In this document: positions 44,864 to 48,008 of the stretch, piece by piece
Position numbering within the stretch: the first letter of the stretch is position 1
Layout of the letters: every line of letters starts with the position of its first letter
NCBI GenBank assembly: GCA_964525965.1
Contig: CAZGKA010000016.1
Coordinates: 1-48,008 of the forward strand
From: an uncultured Nitrososphaerota archaeon
GTDB lineage: Archaea; Korarchaeota; Korarchaeia; Korarchaeales; Korarchaeaceae
Reading direction: 5' to 3'
DNA length: 48,008 nucleotides
Notes under the pieces: generated by a model
The model's input: the letters and a program-made list of their open reading frames with translations, nothing else
Databases searched by the model: none
What the model was told of the DNA's origin: nothing
Made by a program: the position numbers and the translations under genes

Positions 44864-45460
44864 TCAGAACCGGTCTCCTATCACCCTGTAGATTGGATGC
44901 CTTCTCCTACTTTCTTCTAGGATCTGCACCGCTAGAGCAACTAGACAGATGATGAAAGCTAGAATCTCCACCCAGATCCCGTATTCTAGGTGCCACCTTA
45001 TCCAGATGGGCGAGCTTGAGCTCATATTTATTATCCTCTCTGTGTGAAGCGGAAGGTCCATGACGAGGGTTCCCATCACAAAGAAAAGTAGAGAAGCAGC
45101 TATGCATCCCAGAGCAGCTCCCAGCCTGACCTTACTACCCACGATGCCTCCCCACACAATGAGCAGCAGGCCTACAAAGTGGAGCAATGCCGCCAAGAGA
45201 AAGGAAGTCCTCGACAATCCTATCTTAGCCCTCGAGGTCGTCGGGAAGTAGCTCTGCTCGCTGAGCCAGTCCACCATAGCGTAGAACCTCGACAAAGGGG
45301 ACTTGGGGCTCGCGTGGGTGCTCCACCAGAGCATCGTAAAGGGGTTCAGAGCTAGCTTCACGTAACCATTGCTGTTTGGAGTTGAACCCTCGGCGACGAA
45401 CCACGGGAGGAAGGACGCCAGTACTAGGAGGACCAGCGCGATGACTGCCAGCTTGTTCAT
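44864..45460 (-). CDS. Hypothetical membrane protein
   Basis: Four hydrophobic segments; S-x-FLPWF motif after TM1. Confidence 0.7.
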   Translation of the reverse strand: MNKLAVIALVLLVLASFLPWFVAEGSTPNSNGYVKLALNPFTMLWWSTHASPKSPLSRFYAMVDWLSEQSYFPTTSRAKIGLSRTSFLLAALLHFVGLLLIVWGGIVGSKVRLGAALGCIAASLLFFVMGTLVMDLPLHTERIINMSSSSPIWIRWHLEYGIWVEILAFIICLVALAVQILEESRRRHPIYRVIGDRF

Positions 45461-45533
45461 CCGGGATTGGATGAATAACCTTCTAATAAAGGTTGATATC
45501 CCTATTGGTAAGACGTTCGACGGAGGTGATCGC

Positions 45534-46319
45534 TTGAGTTACTTCAAGGTGGCCGAGGTAATAGAGGGGTTTATGAAAGGCTTTGTGGCTGGATCTGGGG
45601 CTAAAGGATGTGTGATAGGCCTGAGCGGTGGTTTAGACTCCTCTACGGTGGCTCATCTCCTTGTCAGGGCTCTTGGCAAGGAGAAGGTTCTCGGACTGAT
45701 AATGCCGATGTCTGGAATCACTAGGCAGGAAGACCTGGATGACGCAGTCTCCCTAGCGGAGGATCTCGGCATAAACTACAGGATAATTGATATAAGGGAG
45801 ATCTTCGAGGCATATACATCCGCGAATCCTCTCTTCGACGAGAATGATAAGATAGCCAACGGCAACCTTCAGGCCAGGATAAGGATGACCCTCCTCTACT
45901 ACGCGGCCAATAGAAAGAACCTTCTCGTGGCAGGAACATCTGACAGGAGCGAGATCCTGCTTGGGTACTTCACCAAGTATGGAGATGGGGCCTCCGACTT
46001 CATACCGATAGGGGATCTCTACAAGACCCAGGTCAGGGAGCTGGCCAGGAGCATAGGTGTTCCGGACAAGATAGTGAACAAGCCCAGCAGTCCCGGCCTC
46101 TGGGTCGGTCAGACGGCTGAGGGAGAGCTCGGCCTGAGCTACGACGTGATCGACAGGATACTGATAGCCCTATTCGATAGAAAAATGGAAATAGATGAGG
46201 CTGCTAGGGAGGTTGGGGTGAGCAGGGAGGTTGTTGAGAAGGTAATGGAGATGTGCAGGAACTCCACTCATAAGAGGTCCCTGCCCCCCAAGCCATCCGT
46301 CAGGATTCTCCTGAGGTGA
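45534..46319 (+). CDS. nadE: NH3-dependent NAD+ synthetase
   Basis: GLSGGLDS, GNLQARIRM, GYFTKYGDG, LYKTQV, PS-x-GLW-x-GQT-x-E, HKR. Start moved to TTG 45534, after SD GGAGGTGA. Confidence 0.95.
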   Translation: MSYFKVAEVIEGFMKGFVAGSGAKGCVIGLSGGLDSSTVAHLLVRALGKEKVLGLIMPMSGITRQEDLDDAVSLAEDLGINYRIIDIREIFEAYTSANPLFDENDKIANGNLQARIRMTLLYYAANRKNLLVAGTSDRSEILLGYFTKYGDGASDFIPIGDLYKTQVRELARSIGVPDKIVNKPSSPGLWVGQTAEGELGLSYDVIDRILIALFDRKMEIDEAAREVGVSREVVEKVMEMCRNSTHKRSLPPKPSVRILLR

Positions 46320-46912
46320 ACTCGTTGGACGAGCTGGAGATCATAGCGGAGGAGATCAGAAAGTGCAAGAAGTGCCCCCTCCACAAAACTAGGAAGAACG
46401 CTGTCCCCGGGGAAGGAGCTAAGGATGCTGAGATAATGTTTGTGGGTGAGGCTCCTGGGAGGAACGAGGACGAGCAAGGAAGACCGTTCGTCGGAGCGGC
46501 TGGCGAGTTTCTGACCGAGCTCATAAGCATGATAGGGATGACTAGGGAGGAAGTCTTCATAACGAACGTGGTCAAGTGCAGGCCGCCTCATAATAGAGAT
46601 CCCAAGCCTGAGGAGATAGAGGCTTGTTCTCCCTTCTTAGACAGGCAGATAAAGGCTATATCCCCTAGGATCATAGTCGGCCTCGGGAGACACAGCACAT
46701 CGTACCTGTTCAGGAAGGCTGGGCTCAAATTCAGATCGATAGGAGCGGTCAGGGGGAAAATAGTAGAGGTTGAACTGTTGGGGCTCAGGGTGAAGCTCCT
46801 CCCCACATATCATCCAGCGGCAAGTCTCTACAACCCAGCCGTGAAGGACAGAATAGTGGAAGATTTCCTCAAACTGAAGAGGGAGGGGGCTGATCTGACA
46901 AAGTACTTCTGA
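46316..46912 (+). CDS. udg: Uracil-DNA glycosylase family 4 ([4Fe-4S])
   Basis: CKKC, VGEAPG, PFVG-x-AG, KCRPP-x-NR, HPAA; C-terminal LTKYF resembles a PCNA-interacting motif. Confidence 0.93.
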   Translation: MNSLDELEIIAEEIRKCKKCPLHKTRKNAVPGEGAKDAEIMFVGEAPGRNEDEQGRPFVGAAGEFLTELISMIGMTREEVFITNVVKCRPPHNRDPKPEEIEACSPFLDRQIKAISPRIIVGLGRHSTSYLFRKAGLKFRSIGAVRGKIVEVELLGLRVKLLPTYHPAASLYNPAVKDRIVEDFLKLKREGADLTKYF

Positions 46913-46928
46913 TACGGGTGAATTCGCC

Positions 46929-47504
46929 TTGATGGAGATGGTGGTTCAGCAGGTGACCTCCCTGATAGAGGCAGGATCGTACCCGATGATAACAGGGCTG
47001 ATGATCCTCGAAAGCGCCCTGTTACCCGTGCCGAGCGAGGTCATAATGCCCTTTTCGGGGTTTTTGGTGTCGAGAGGGAAGCTGGATCTAGCTCTGGTGG
47101 TCCTCAGTGGAACTCTCGGGAATCTGATAGGCTCTCTCCTGGCCTACACGCTGGGACTGAAGATAACCTGGTCCCCGATAAAGAACCTTCCCCTAGTAGG
47201 AAGGGAAGCTGTCCGGGCCGAGCGCTTCATGGCCAAGCACGGGGACATATCGGTTCTCCTCGGAAGGATGATGCCAGGCGTGAGGACTTTCATATCCCTC
47301 CCGGCCGGGTTGTCTAGGATGAACCCCCTCAAGTTCTCAGCGTACACCCTGATCGGGAGCATCCCTTGGAACCTCCTCATGACCTACTTGGGCGTGATTC
47401 TGGGGGAGCAGTGGGAGATCATCTCGGCCTACCTCGATCCTCTGACAGCAGCGGTGTTCCTGATAATTCTGGCGTACTTTCTCCTAAGGGGGGATGAGCT
47501 GTGA
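46929..47504 (+). CDS. DedA family membrane protein
   Basis: LES-x-x-LP-x-PSE, GR-x-x-PGVRTFISLPAG. Confidence 0.9.
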   Translation: MMEMVVQQVTSLIEAGSYPMITGLMILESALLPVPSEVIMPFSGFLVSRGKLDLALVVLSGTLGNLIGSLLAYTLGLKITWSPIKNLPLVGREAVRAERFMAKHGDISVLLGRMMPGVRTFISLPAGLSRMNPLKFSAYTLIGSIPWNLLMTYLGVILGEQWEIISAYLDPLTAAVFLIILAYFLLRGDEL

Positions 47505-48008
47505 GGCTGTTCGATGCTCACTGTCATCTTGAGGACCCATCTTTCGATGATGACAGGGAGGAGGTCATCACACGAGCTGTGAGGACCGGGGTCCTCAGAA
47601 TGGTGACCTCCCCGTTGGGAAGGGATCAGGTTCTGAGATCTCTGAAAATTTTCTCTAAAAATGAGCACGTGCTGATATCCGCCGGCATGGACTCTAGAGA
47701 GTTCGCCAACAGGTCGAAAGCCTCGGAGCTGATATCCCTCGTGAGGGAGGTCGGTGATAGGCTCGTGGCGATAGGAGAGGTGGGTCTCGACTACAAGGTC
47801 GCTAGGACCGAGGCCGAGAGAACGGCTCAGAAGGAGGTATTCCGGGAGTTCATAAGGCTGGCCGACTCGATGAACAAACCCCTAGTGGTCCACAGCAGAT
47901 GGGCTCAGAGACCTGTTTTGAGGGTTTTAGATGAGCTATACGCTGTAGATGTCGTTCTACACTCGTTTGGGGGGAACGAAACCGATGTCAAGTTCGCTGC
48001 TGAGAGGG
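47501..48008 (+). CDS. tatD: TatD-family DNase (runs off window end)
   Basis: Not in the track. GTG 47501 gives MRLFDAHCHLED...AIGEVGLDY...KPLVVHSR...VLHSF. Confidence 0.9.
   Translation, partial: MRLFDAHCHLEDPSFDDDREEVITRAVRTGVLRMVTSPLGRDQVLRSLKIFSKNEHVLISAGMDSREFANRSKASELISLVREVGDRLVAIGEVGLDYKVARTEAERTAQKEVFREFIRLADSMNKPLVVHSRWAQRPVLRVLDELYAVDVVLHSFGGNETDVKFAAER

Noticed and set aside
45369-45533. N-terminal extension of NadE (possible fusion)
   Set aside because: It overlaps the divergent gene and its promoter; a strong SD precedes TTG 45534; there is no glutaminase domain.

Overview
A 48-kb, gene-dense archaeal chromosomal segment. Evidence for archaeal origin: archaeal-type phosphoglycerate mutase, ATP-dependent DNA ligase, form III RuBisCO, PAC2 chaperone, S-layer-type protein, BRE/TATA promoters, T-tract terminators and AGG/ATA-rich codon use. 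It is probably a thermophilic peptide-utilising lineage; a Korarchaeia-like or other TACK-like assignment is only an inference. The first 14 kb holds two complete Dpp/Opp peptide ABC operons; the rest is mostly housekeeping (pyrG, lig, surE, gdhA, rbcL, topA, nadE, udg, tatD). I see no CRISPR array, tRNA, rRNA or mobile element. Most notable: (1) a divergent capC-capB (poly-gamma-glutamate synthase-like) pair head-to-head with glutamate dehydrogenase; (2) an apparently circularly permuted family-5 peptide-binding protein with a C-terminal S-layer-like domain whose motifs recur in the S-layer gene of this window; (3) near-identical DNA blocks shared by four otherwise diverged ABC ATPase genes; (4) a ~130-nt structured intergenic ncRNA candidate; (5) two genes that appear to need CTG starts overlapping the upstream TGA; (6) a type IA topoisomerase lacking the conserved Arg after the catalytic Tyr. 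All family calls are motif recognition by eye; no searches were run.
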